Virus record (IMG/VR): IMGVR_UViG_3300021389_000035
Span: 1 to 51,714 of that record
DNA from: a virus
Direction: 5' to 3' (one strand)
DNA: 51,714 nt
A program made the position numbers and the translations under genes. The notes below the pieces were generated by a model, which saw only the letters and a program-made list of their open reading frames with translations, had not been told where the DNA came from and did no database searches. Of the stretch, positions 36,624 through 44,883 are shown in pieces. Position 1 is the first letter of the stretch; each line of letters begins with the position of its first letter.

Positions 36624-37589
36624 ATGAGTATGAATGACATTTTACAAATCGAGACTACTGCTTCTGTTGGTTCTTCGCCATGGGGTATCGGTGAGATTGT
36701 TTCTGGTGACCTGACTCCACGTCAAATGATGGAGAAGGCAGGTTGTAACTGGTCGGTAGAAAAGGTTCCTACCTATGCCGACTATAAAGGTGACAAGATC
36801 CCTACCGGTATGGAAGCTCTTGTTCGTTCTTCGGACAATAAAGTTCTCACCCAAGTTGGTGGTAACTGGGAACCTTGTCAGAACGAGACTGCGTTTGAGT
36901 TCTTCAACGAATACTGCCTCGAAGGTGGTATGCAGATGGACACTGCCGGTTCTCTGAAAGGCGGCAAGATGGTCTGGGCACTTGCCAAGGTCAATGAGTC
37001 TTTCGATGTGTTGAAGGGTGATCGAGTTGATTCCTATCTTCTTTTCTCCAACCCACACGAGTACGGTAAGTCAATCGACATCCGTTTCACTCCGATCCGT
37101 GTATCGTGCATGAACACTCTTGCGTATGCCCTGAAGGGTCGTGCGATCAATGGTGCGAAGATGAATCACCGCCGTGCGTTTGATGCGAATCACGTTAAGA
37201 CTACTCTTGGTCTTGCTCATGAGAAGTTCGAACAGTACAAAGAACTGTCTCAATTCCTTGCGGGTAAGCAGTTCAAGATGGAGAACTTGATTCAGTACTA
37301 CAATGAAGTATTCCCTCGTACTTACCAAGGTAAGAACCCACCACAGGTCAAAACGTATGCTGACTTAACCACTAATGGTCAGAAGGCATTCGATGTGTTG
37401 GAGACTCAGCCAGGTGCAGAGTTTGGTGTGGGTTCATGGTGGCAAGCACTGAACAGTGTAACCTACTTGACTGACCATGAGATGGGTCGTGAAGCAGATT
37501 CACGTATGACATCTGCATGGTTCGGTTCTAACCAAAACCGTAAACAACTTGCGGTATCAAAAGCAATCGAATTTGCGGAGGCTCTATAA
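36624..37589 (+). CDS. DUF932-like protein
   Basis: PWGIGEIVSGDLTPRQMMEKAGCNWSVEKVPTYADYKG... IDIRFTPIRVSCMNTLAYALKG. Confidence 0.7.
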   Translation: MSMNDILQIETTASVGSSPWGIGEIVSGDLTPRQMMEKAGCNWSVEKVPTYADYKGDKIPTGMEALVRSSDNKVLTQVGGNWEPCQNETAFEFFNEYCLEGGMQMDTAGSLKGGKMVWALAKVNESFDVLKGDRVDSYLLFSNPHEYGKSIDIRFTPIRVSCMNTLAYALKGRAINGAKMNHRRAFDANHVKTTLGLAHEKFEQYKELSQFLAGKQFKMENLIQYYNEVFPRTYQGKNPPQVKTYADLTTNGQKAFDVLETQPGAEFGVGSWWQALNSVTYLTDHEMGREADSRMTSAWFGSNQNRKQLAVSKAIEFAEAL

Positions 37590-38050
37590 TGTGTGGAGGT
37601 TACTCGGGAGAACATGAAGTGAAACTTATTCGTAACGCGCTACAAACGCCTGACGGCACAATCATCGAGTCAACGCATCGTCATGACTACGTGACTTATA
37701 CAGATGCCAATGGTAAAGAATACATGGTTGACGGTGGTTTAGATTATTTGAGACGGTCTATTCACGATGATCAGATTGACCTGAGTGAGTATGATGATGC
37801 GCCTCATGAACGACAACGTGAGTTACTTACGTGGGGAACATACGGTATCAATGGCGACCAACCATTGCAGTATAAGACTATCGCAGAAATGGAAACAGGA
37901 CACCTCGAAGCTGTAGTAAAAATGACTGGTATATGTCCAAGACGAAGAAAATGTATGCAAAAAGAATTGGAGTTACGCCTTCAAGAGCAAAAAGACCTTG
38001 ATTGTTATATTACAAGCTACATTATTCCTCCCGAAAAAGAGGTTAAGTAA
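37589..38050 (+). CDS. hypothetical protein
   Basis: MCGGYSGEHEVKLIRNALQTPDGTIIESTHRHDYVTYTDANGKEYMVDGGLDYLRR. Confidence 0.6.
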   Translation: MCGGYSGEHEVKLIRNALQTPDGTIIESTHRHDYVTYTDANGKEYMVDGGLDYLRRSIHDDQIDLSEYDDAPHERQRELLTWGTYGINGDQPLQYKTIAEMETGHLEAVVKMTGICPRRRKCMQKELELRLQEQKDLDCYITSYIIPPEKEVK

Positions 38051-38206
38051 ATGAAAATTGAAATAGAGTTAGACCACGAAAAAACTGATGAGATTGTTAT
38101 TGCGGATTTGCAACAACATATTGACAACTTAGAAGAAGAACACGATGCGGACAATGAAGAATATCTTCTGGCGTTTCGTTTAGTGTTGGATTGGTACGGA
38201 GGATAA
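38051..38206 (+). CDS. small hypothetical acidic protein (51 aa)
   Basis: MKIEIELDHEKTDEIVIADLQQHIDNLEEEHDADNEEYLLAFRLVLDWYGG. Confidence 0.6.
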   Translation: MKIEIELDHEKTDEIVIADLQQHIDNLEEEHDADNEEYLLAFRLVLDWYGG

Positions 38207-38209
38207 GTA

Positions 38210-38497
38210 ATGAAACGTAAAGATCCTATATTCGATCTGGAACAACATATCATGGAAGCATGGTCGGTTGTTGATGATATTGATATGATAACAACATACT
38301 TTGTAGATAGTCCGGATTGGGCTGGGCATCACTTCAGTGCTGAAGCAGAAGATGCGCTTATGAATAAATATTTCTCTGTCAAAGAACTGTATGCGTTAAA
38401 GTTCGAGAGATTGTTTCATACTTTCGAAAAGGTGTGTAAAGAGTATCATGTACGTGGAAAAAAACTATCGGAGTTTGTAGAAGATGCCGACTTATAG
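38210..38497 (+). CDS. hypothetical protein
   Basis: Intact ORF, tight spacing. Confidence 0.6.
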   Translation: MKRKDPIFDLEQHIMEAWSVVDDIDMITTYFVDSPDWAGHHFSAEAEDALMNKYFSVKELYALKFERLFHTFEKVCKEYHVRGKKLSEFVEDADL

Positions 38498-38678
38498 TTA
38501 CAAGTGTTCGAAGTGTGATGTCGTCACAGATGTCCGTATGAGTATGAGTGAAACTGAACGAGAGATGGAACTTCCGTGCACGGCCTGTGACGAAGATACT
38601 CAACAAATTAAAGTGATTACTCAGAGTGGTGGATTCCAACTCAAGGGTAATGGATGGTTTAATAAAGGTGGATATTAA
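38484..38678 (+). CDS. FmdB-like zinc-ribbon protein
   Basis: MPTYSYKCSKCDVVTD...LPCTACDE...FQLKGNGWFNKGGY. Confidence 0.8.
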   Translation: MPTYSYKCSKCDVVTDVRMSMSETEREMELPCTACDEDTQQIKVITQSGGFQLKGNGWFNKGGY

Positions 38679-38680
38679 TT

Positions 38681-38959
38681 ATGACAATGCCAAATGAAAG
38701 ACGTAATGCTGTTAACCGTACTCGTATATTCTTACTTGACTTAATGGATCCTAAGAAGACACCACGTGTACCAAAATCCATAAGAAAAGAAGCGGCAAGT
38801 TGTTTGAGACATTATCCAGGCGAATACTATATGCTATTAGCTTCGGAACAGGCACCAGAAGTATTTGGTGAATGGAATAGTGGATGGCCAGAGAGTGACC
38901 CCGTTATGGCGGTAATAGACAAAGTTTTTGAAGAACACGGTAAGCAAAACGATGAGTGA
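38681..38959 (+). CDS. hypothetical protein
   Basis: Intact ORF, tight spacing. Confidence 0.55.
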   Translation: MTMPNERRNAVNRTRIFLLDLMDPKKTPRVPKSIRKEAASCLRHYPGEYYMLLASEQAPEVFGEWNSGWPESDPVMAVIDKVFEEHGKQNDE

Positions 38960-39272
38960 TTATAGACCAGACAACTGGGTCGTGTTGAAAATAACTTATA
39001 GTGAAGAAACATTATATAAGGTACTCGGTGGTTGGAGTGGTGGGTATCTTGATGGTGACTCTTGGCGCATGAACAGTGGTATCAACTTAGCATTTGAACA
39101 CAAAGAACATATAGACTTCTATGGTCATTCGGGTAGTTGTTATCACTGTCATAGAAAAAGTTACGGATTGCGTATGAATAACGCTGGCGTGTATAATCAA
39201 ATTAAAGAACGCTTTGGTGATAAAGTAGAGTTGATGCCTGAAGACACAAATTGGATGGAGATTGAGTGGTGA
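38952..39272 (+). CDS. hypothetical protein (track ORF starts 38928)
   Basis: MSDYRPDNWVVLKITYSEETLYKVLGGWSGGYLDGDSWRMNSGI. Confidence 0.6.
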   Translation: MSDYRPDNWVVLKITYSEETLYKVLGGWSGGYLDGDSWRMNSGINLAFEHKEHIDFYGHSGSCYHCHRKSYGLRMNNAGVYNQIKERFGDKVELMPEDTNWMEIEW

Positions 39273-39276
39273 GGAA

Positions 39277-39603
39277 ATGAAAACTTACACTGTACTAGCG
39301 AATCGTTGGGGTGATGCTGAAAAACATACCTATTTTGTTGGCGTGTATGATGATGTTGTTCGTGCGTATCGTGCGGCAATCTCTGAAGAGTGCTGGCGTG
39401 GTGGTAAGTATGAATGTGTCGTACACGAAAGCGAACTCAATGCCGAGAACTTCTGTGACTTTCACGGCGAAAGTATAGAAGAATGGTGTGAGAAACAGTA
39501 TTTCCCCGAAGGTCATTATGCGTTAGACGTTATGACTCGAGTCAATCAACATTATGATTTGTATAACATTACAGCGGGTGAAAACCCATTGGTGAAGAAA
39601 TGA
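39277..39603 (+). CDS. hypothetical protein (track ORF starts 39262)
   Basis: MKTYTVLANRWGDAEKHTYFVGVYDD... Confidence 0.6.
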   Translation: MKTYTVLANRWGDAEKHTYFVGVYDDVVRAYRAAISEECWRGGKYECVVHESELNAENFCDFHGESIEEWCEKQYFPEGHYALDVMTRVNQHYDLYNITAGENPLVKK

Positions 39604-39818
39604 GTATTCGAGTAAATAAAAGACAAGTAGTATCTGGTGAACTGAAACCGTATTGCGCTTTCAGTGGTATTCACGATTACATGGAAGTCACTCAGTGGAC
39701 AAATGGCGAAGGGTTCGATATTAACATTGATCGTGATCAAAGACCTGAAAAGTTCAGTCTCACACACGGCGAGTTTGAGTTGTTACAAGTGTTGATGAAT
39801 TACAAGGCGAGTGAGTAA
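39600..39818 (+). CDS. hypothetical protein
   Basis: Overlaps the previous stop. Confidence 0.55.
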   Translation: MSIRVNKRQVVSGELKPYCAFSGIHDYMEVTQWTNGEGFDINIDRDQRPEKFSLTHGEFELLQVLMNYKASE

Positions 39819-39854
39819 AGAGACTTAAAGTTAAACTCTGGTCACCTTTTGTTG

Positions 39855-39905
39855 TGTACATTGCCAAAAACATGTAGTATAATAGTACCTTATTGAATTG
39901 AGAGA
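39855..39905 (+). promoter_or_regulatory. promoter/leader related to the early module, copy 5 (TGTACA-17-TATAAT)
   Basis: -10 TATAAT 39878-39883, weak -35 39855-39860, then TATTGAATTGAGAGAG leader. Confidence 0.6.
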
Positions 39906-39914
39906 GATTATATT

Positions 39915-40310
39915 ATGACAGATAAAGAAATACTAAACTTTGTAAGAGAGAATCTAACACTAGAGAAAGACGATAACGGCAGTTACAAAATAAAAGAAAT
40001 ACTCTGCCCCGTTTATGGCGATGTTGTTAATGATATTCATGGCCATGTTCTCGGCAACGTTTCTGGCAACGTTGGAGATATTAAAGGTAGTGTCTGGGGC
40101 AATGTTGAGGGCAGTGTTCGTGGCGATGTTGTTAACCATGTTTTTGGCGATGTTCGTGGCGATGTTCGTGGCAATGTCTGTGGGGATGTTAGAGGAAATG
40201 TCCATGGCGATGTTAAAGCGAGAGGCGATGTTCATGGAGTTAGTTATCGCTCTGCTATCGACACTGATGTCGGTACCACGAATAACTTACAGGAGAGGGA
40301 CTTGAAATGA
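39915..40310 (+). CDS. GxVx tetrapeptide-repeat protein, paralog 1
   Basis: MTDKEILNFVRENLTLEKDDNGSYKIKEILCPVYGDVV..., then repeated GDVRGDVRGNV. Confidence 0.75.
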   Translation: MTDKEILNFVRENLTLEKDDNGSYKIKEILCPVYGDVVNDIHGHVLGNVSGNVGDIKGSVWGNVEGSVRGDVVNHVFGDVRGDVRGNVCGDVRGNVHGDVKARGDVHGVSYRSAIDTDVGTTNNLQERDLK

Positions 40311-40576
40311 ATATAACAGACGAAGAAATACTAGACTTTGTAAGAGAGAATCTAACACTAGATAAAGATGAGAACGGTAGTTACAAACTAAAAGAAATAC
40401 TCTGTCCCGTTTATGGCGATGTTGTTGGCGATGTTAAAGGCACTGTTTTTGGCGATGTTAAAGGCACTGTTTTAGGCGATGTTAAAGGCACTGTTTTAGG
40501 CGATGTTAGAGGTGACGTTAAAGGCAATGTTCGTGGCAAGGTTTTAGGTAGGGTTTATGGTGAGGTACGTAAATAA
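40307..40576 (+). CDS. GxVx tetrapeptide-repeat protein, paralog 2
   Basis: Same N-terminal domain (EEILDFVRENLTLDKDENGSYKLKEILCPVYGDVVGDV), then GDVKGTVF/LGDVKGTV repeats. Confidence 0.75.
   Translation: MNITDEEILDFVRENLTLDKDENGSYKLKEILCPVYGDVVGDVKGTVFGDVKGTVLGDVKGTVLGDVRGDVKGNVRGKVLGRVYGEVRK
40427..40498 (+). repeat. 24-nt tandem repeat, three near-identical units
   Basis: GGCGATGTTAAAGGCACTGTTTT(T/A) at 40427-40450, 40451-40474 and 40475-40498. Confidence 0.92.
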
Positions 40577-40743
40577 TGTTTAAATCTTTACATGTTGAAT
40601 CATTTGGTGTACCGGAACATGATAAGTTCATTGATGAATTCAAAAAGGAACTACATCTTCGGATCAATGACGATATCGAACAATCACTTCATGACGAGTT
40701 GGTCAAACTTGGCTGGACTCCTCCTAAGAAAGAGAATGAGTAG
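40576..40743 (+). CDS. small hypothetical protein (55 aa)
   Basis: MFKSLHVESFGVPEHDKFIDEFKKELHLRINDDIEQSLHDELVKLGWTPPKKENE. Confidence 0.6.
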   Translation: MFKSLHVESFGVPEHDKFIDEFKKELHLRINDDIEQSLHDELVKLGWTPPKKENE

Positions 40744-40967
40744 TGAGATATAGAATCGTTGAGAAAGAGAATTGTTATGGCCAATCCATGTTTTATGTTC
40801 AAGAGAAGGGTTTGTTGTGGGGGTGGAACTATGTTATGGATCTCCATGACATGATAATCACTTTTAGAACTGAAGAGTTTGCTTTGAAAACTATCAAAGA
40901 ATGGAATGGTTACAAATACAATAAGATCGTAAACATTACAGAGGTGTCGAATGAAAGACCGGATTAA
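40743..40967 (+). CDS. hypothetical protein
   Basis: Overlapping start/stop with neighbours. Confidence 0.55.
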   Translation: MRYRIVEKENCYGQSMFYVQEKGLLWGWNYVMDLHDMIITFRTEEFALKTIKEWNGYKYNKIVNITEVSNERPD

Positions 40968-41136
40968 AGAACTTGCTGTAGAGTCAAGAGATAGTTGGGG
41001 ATACGAAAATTGGGAAAGGTTCGCTGAGTTGATTATTCAGGAATGTGCAGAGGTGGCATCAAGAGCAGATGATGTTAACGAGGATTATCCAGCATGGTAT
41101 TTGATCGAGAAACATTTCGAAGTTAGGAGTAAATAG
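40951..41136 (+). CDS. small hypothetical protein, tandem paralog A
   Basis: MKDRIKELAVESRDSWGYENWERFAELIIQECAEVASRADDVNEDYPAWYLIEKHFEVRSK. Confidence 0.65.
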   Translation: MKDRIKELAVESRDSWGYENWERFAELIIQECAEVASRADDVNEDYPAWYLIEKHFEVRSK

Positions 41137-41138
41137 CT

Positions 41139-41330
41139 ATGAAAGACCGGATTAAAGAACTTGCTATAGAGTCAAGAGGTAGTTCGGGATACGGCAAACC
41201 TTTCCCATGGCGAAGGTTCGCCGAGTTGATTATTCAGGAATGTGCAGAGGTGGCATCAGGAGCAGATGATGTTAACGAGGATTATTCCGGATGGTATTTG
41301 ATTGAGAAACATTTCGAAGTGGAAGAGTAA
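41139..41330 (+). CDS. small hypothetical protein, tandem paralog B
   Basis: MKDRIKELAIESRGSSGYGKPFPWRRFAELIIQECAEVASGADDVNEDYSGWYLIEKHFEVEE; near-duplicate of A. Confidence 0.65.
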   Translation: MKDRIKELAIESRGSSGYGKPFPWRRFAELIIQECAEVASGADDVNEDYSGWYLIEKHFEVEE

Positions 41331-41711
41331 ATGATAACGTATAGTACAAACTTCATGGGCCCAATCTCAATAGAATGGTATCGTAAACGTGGATTGACAC
41401 ATAAAGTCAGCAAAGTTCTCGAATATGGCAGAAGGTTTTATCCAAAAGGCTTAGGGCCAGGTGATGTGTGGGAATATGATGAGATCACTACACATTATTG
41501 CTGTGGACGTATCGACATTCGTGGTTTAGACGAAGAAGAAAACTACGGTGGGTGGGGCGAGTATGGTGTTGCTCCTATGCGCACCGAAGACTGGAATGCG
41601 CTTAGTGATTGGTTGGATGAGTTGGAAACTTACGAGCTGACTACATACGAAGAACTGATCGATCAATTCGAGCATTACAACGGGAAATCGATAAGATGGG
41701 CAGATGAGTAA
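41331..41711 (+). CDS. hypothetical protein
   Basis: Intact ORF. Confidence 0.6.
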   Translation: MITYSTNFMGPISIEWYRKRGLTHKVSKVLEYGRRFYPKGLGPGDVWEYDEITTHYCCGRIDIRGLDEEENYGGWGEYGVAPMRTEDWNALSDWLDELETYELTTYEELIDQFEHYNGKSIRWADE

Positions 41712-42846
41712 GATACTGTGTATCGACTATGGGTTGTGTAACTTTCACAATCTTATTTCTCTTGTCGAAGATGGTCATAAAGTTTATGTCCTAACATCCG
41801 AAAAATACGAACTGTGCCCCACGACTTTATATAAAGAGTTGGGTATTCATATATTGGACATTGACCGGAAAAGTGTTTTAGATAATTTCATAGAATCCGA
41901 GTCTATAGATTTGATGATATCGACAGATCCTACTATCGACATGATCAATTCATATCAACACAAATTAAAGTATATCGGACTGACTCCACGATCCTCTAGG
42001 TTAGAAACCCATAAATGGATGACCAGATGTGAAGTTAAGAAGTTAGGAATAAAAGTCCCTGAGATACTTCCTCGACCCATTGCTCCCTGTGTCATAAAAC
42101 CAATAGTCACCAAAAAGGGATTTGACCGAGTTAACATATGTCTGACCGAAAAAGATTTTGGAATCTTCGATGATAATACATTCTATGTTGAAGAGTATCT
42201 TACCGATACCATAGAGACTAATGTTGATTATATAATGTCTCAAGGTAAATGGTCTATACTACATGCCCAACAAAAGATCGGAGAAGACCTCGGAAAGATG
42301 TCGAACCAATTGATACACTGGACTTGTACTTCCAGTTTCAAGAGCCTTCCCGTTGAGCTCAACGATATGGTATTGGATAATGCAAAGAAGTATCTGGACT
42401 GGGCATCCGCACAATGCAGTAGATCCTCGTACATTGGACAACTGACCGGTTTCATTAAAGATGGGGAGTGGTACTTCTGTGAGAATAATGTCAGACCTTC
42501 ACAGACCAATAGTGTACCCTATTTCGTATCGGGAGATGAATGGTTGATGGCCATGCATGGTCACCCTGAGATAATAGGTGAATCCTTTCCGGTAGATGTT
42601 AATAAGATGATCGTGATGCCAATGGAACCAGACTCACCATACCCTTTCGATCTACACCTAAAACATAATGTTGCGATACCCTGCGGACTCGATATAGTCG
42701 ATGATGAGTATCGTGTATCTTTGATGATGAGAGGAAAATCTACTGACAATAGGATTGGGTTGTTGATATGTGATGATAATATCCCCCAAGGATTTGTCGA
42801 TGATTTCCGCACCGATGGTAATTTTTCCATTACTACATTCATATAA
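41704..42846 (+). CDS. ATP-grasp ligase-like protein (PurD-like layout)
   Basis: KILCIDYGLCNFHNLISLVEDGHKVYVLTSE, KYIGLTPRSSRLETHKWMTRCEVKKLGIKVPE, PCVIKPIVTKKGFDRV, FYVEEYL. Confidence 0.5.
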   Translation: MSKILCIDYGLCNFHNLISLVEDGHKVYVLTSEKYELCPTTLYKELGIHILDIDRKSVLDNFIESESIDLMISTDPTIDMINSYQHKLKYIGLTPRSSRLETHKWMTRCEVKKLGIKVPEILPRPIAPCVIKPIVTKKGFDRVNICLTEKDFGIFDDNTFYVEEYLTDTIETNVDYIMSQGKWSILHAQQKIGEDLGKMSNQLIHWTCTSSFKSLPVELNDMVLDNAKKYLDWASAQCSRSSYIGQLTGFIKDGEWYFCENNVRPSQTNSVPYFVSGDEWLMAMHGHPEIIGESFPVDVNKMIVMPMEPDSPYPFDLHLKHNVAIPCGLDIVDDEYRVSLMMRGKSTDNRIGLLICDDNIPQGFVDDFRTDGNFSITTFI

Positions 42847-42884
42847 TGAATGGTGACTATTCGTGAAATGGATGACGATAGTTG

Positions 42885-42938
42885 TTGACTTCTTGTTTTG
42901 GTTATGAGATAATGGCTGTACAAATTGAGTTGAGAGGG
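42885..42938 (+). promoter_or_regulatory. conserved early promoter/leader module, copy 6 (TTGACT-17-GATAAT)
   Basis: -35 42885-42890, -10 42908-42913, followed by AAATTGAGTTGAGAGGG. Confidence 0.82.
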
Positions 42939-42945
42939 TTTTATT

Positions 42946-43068
42946 ATGCAGATTACATACAAAGGTTATTGCGCTCTGGGTGGCGCATCTAATCCAAGAC
43001 TTTACTCACGAGCTGTGTATTTGGGTAAACACTATATGCACACCTCTTATTACTTGATGGGTTATTAA
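42946..43068 (+). CDS. tiny hypothetical protein (40 aa)
   Basis: MQITYKGYCALGGASNPRLYSRAVYLGKHYMHTSYYLMGY, directly behind the module. Confidence 0.5.
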   Translation: MQITYKGYCALGGASNPRLYSRAVYLGKHYMHTSYYLMGY

Positions 43069-43071
43069 ACC

Positions 43072-43692
43072 ATGAGAATTGCTGACTCTACTCTTTATGA
43101 GATGTATCTTGAAAAACATAAGAGAGCACAGAACAAAGGTGCACGTGTTCCTTACCACACGTTCTCTTACAAAACTAGAGATTCTGAACGTCAAAAGACT
43201 TACAATGCAGAACACTTGTTTCAAAGACAAATCGAGAATCCCACGTTCGAGACTCTAGAAGAAGTTCAGGAATTCTCACGTAAAATCTACAAGTCTAAGA
43301 CTTGGATCAAGTTATGGACAAAATCGGTCGAAGAAGACTTTTCTCGTGTCCTCAATTCACAACCAGAAGTAGTACAGATGAACTCCCGTACTAAGAAATT
43401 ATCGGGTTTCACTGATGGTTCTAGTGTAACCCTATGTCCTATCAATGGTTTCAACAAGTACGTTCTACTGCACGAACTTGCTCACACTCTGGGTCATATG
43501 CACCACGGCCGTTCGTTCCGTCAATGTCTCCTGAGTCTGGTCGGTACCTTTATGGGTGCTGATGAGAAGAAGATTCTGAAGAACGAATTTAAAAGAAAAG
43601 GTCTTGCATTCGGAAACGCTAAAAAACCAATGACTTTCGAGAATTGGGTATCACGTAAACAACGTCTGGAAAATATGAGGAAAAAACTATAA
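43072..43692 (+). CDS. SprT/zincin-like metalloprotease-related protein
   Basis: VLLHELAHTLGHMHHGRSFR: HExxH plus downstream HGxxF. Confidence 0.65.
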   Translation: MRIADSTLYEMYLEKHKRAQNKGARVPYHTFSYKTRDSERQKTYNAEHLFQRQIENPTFETLEEVQEFSRKIYKSKTWIKLWTKSVEEDFSRVLNSQPEVVQMNSRTKKLSGFTDGSSVTLCPINGFNKYVLLHELAHTLGHMHHGRSFRQCLLSLVGTFMGADEKKILKNEFKRKGLAFGNAKKPMTFENWVSRKQRLENMRKKL

Positions 43693-43877
43693 TGTCAATT
43701 GATTATATGAAAACGGTACCGTTTATTGTTGTAATATTAATAAGTTTCGTAATAGGTTCGGTGTTTGGTTCTACTTCCGTACAGAGTTCTTGGCGACTCG
43801 ATGCAGCTGCAACCGAATGTGCACAGTTTAATCCGTCCAATGGACACTTTGAATGGTTGACAAATGAAGAAAAATAA
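43692..43877 (+). CDS. small membrane protein
   Basis: TVPFIVVILISFVIGSVFGS hydrophobic N-terminus. Confidence 0.55.
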   Translation: MSIDYMKTVPFIVVILISFVIGSVFGSTSVQSSWRLDAAATECAQFNPSNGHFEWLTNEEK

Positions 43878-44124
43878 TGTAAAATGGTATAACCAAAACA
43901 GTATAGACTGGTACGTAAAATGGTGTGCTACCATAATCATTCTAGTCTCTGTTGTTTTTCGTAATGCTGGCTTTGAATACCGCATGTTTGATTTGACTTT
44001 CGGTGTAATGGGCACGATACTATGGTTATGGGTAAGTGTGTTATGGAAAGATAGAGCACTCATAATATTGAACGCGGTTATGTTTATGTTACTTGCATCC
44101 GCACTACTAAAGGAAATTAATTAA
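43864..44124 (+). CDS. small membrane protein
   Basis: CATIIILVSVVFRNAGF and ILNAVMFMLLASALL segments. Confidence 0.55.
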   Translation: MKKNNVKWYNQNSIDWYVKWCATIIILVSVVFRNAGFEYRMFDLTFGVMGTILWLWVSVLWKDRALIILNAVMFMLLASALLKEIN

Positions 44125-44840
44125 TGTTTGAACATGTACCGGTCGAATTGACTGAGATGGAAGCAGTGACCACTGATAGTGGTCGTAAATACAAAACCCC
44201 CGAAGGTGTCAACCTTCCCTCTATCACTACAGTCCTTTCGATTCTGTCACGTGACAGTATTGCCAAGTGGCGTAAACGTGTAGGTGAGGCAGAGGCGAAT
44301 CGTGTCTCTTATCGTGCGTCTACTCGTGGTACTGCGGTTCACGAAATCTGTGAACAGTATGTGAACAATGACCCTGATTGGGACAAGTATATGGCAATCG
44401 ACCCCGACAATGGGGAAATGAAGTTGACCAAGCGTACTCCTGACCTCATCCAATCGTTTCTTGATTTGAAACCAATACTGGACGAACGTCTGACTAAGGT
44501 CTTCGCACAAGAAGCCCCACTCTACTCTAATCATTTGGGTGTTGCGGGTCGTGTGGATTGCGTGGGTATCTTTGATGGTAAACCGTCAATCATCGATTAC
44601 AAAACTTCGATGAAACCCAAACGTCTCGATTGGATTAAGAACTACTTCATGCAAGAGGCTGCATATGCCATCATGTGGGAAGAACGTACTGGCCAACCGA
44701 TTACTCAGTTGGTTACTATAATCTCAGTAGACCAAAATGAACCTCAAGTGTTTATTGAACATCGTGACAACTGGGTTCGTCCGTTAATCGACACTATTGC
44801 ACAATATAATGAGGAAAATTCTACTTCCCTTTTTGTATAA
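44124..44840 (+). CDS. PD-(D/E)XK nuclease (RecB/Cas4-like exonuclease)
   Basis: SRASTRGTAVHEICEQY-type motif (RASTRGTAVHEI), GVAGRVDCVGIFDGKPSIIDYKTS, YFMQEAAYAIMWE. Confidence 0.8.
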   Translation: MFEHVPVELTEMEAVTTDSGRKYKTPEGVNLPSITTVLSILSRDSIAKWRKRVGEAEANRVSYRASTRGTAVHEICEQYVNNDPDWDKYMAIDPDNGEMKLTKRTPDLIQSFLDLKPILDERLTKVFAQEAPLYSNHLGVAGRVDCVGIFDGKPSIIDYKTSMKPKRLDWIKNYFMQEAAYAIMWEERTGQPITQLVTIISVDQNEPQVFIEHRDNWVRPLIDTIAQYNEENSTSLFV

Positions 44841-44843
44841 ATA
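44836..44843 (+). promoter_or_regulatory. T4-type late promoter TATAAATA
   Basis: Exact motif about 40 bp upstream of the 44884 CDS. Confidence 0.75.
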
Positions 44844-44883
44844 GTGTTATAATTTGTTTATATTCACTTTTTAGGAAATAGGT

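Noticed and set aside
39960-40235. Minus-strand and alternative + frame ORFs through the repeat gene (IATNIATNIA..., MLLMIFMAMFSAT...)
   Set aside because: Period-12 nucleotide repeats force open, low-complexity alternative frames; the GxVx frame has the conserved non-repeat N-terminal domain, making it the real one.
40427-40498. CRISPR array
   Set aside because: The repeats are contiguous 24-nt in-frame coding units without spacers. No CRISPR repeat-spacer structure or cas gene was seen in the window.
39915-40576. Diversity-generating retroelement target or variable repeat
   Set aside because: No reverse transcriptase ORF and no A-biased TR/VR pair seen; simple tandem expansion explains it.
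44124-44840. cas4 gene indicating a CRISPR locus
   Set aside because: The PD-(D/E)XK nuclease is the common phage RecB-like exonuclease type. It lacks the obvious Fe-S cysteine arrangement and has no cas neighbours.
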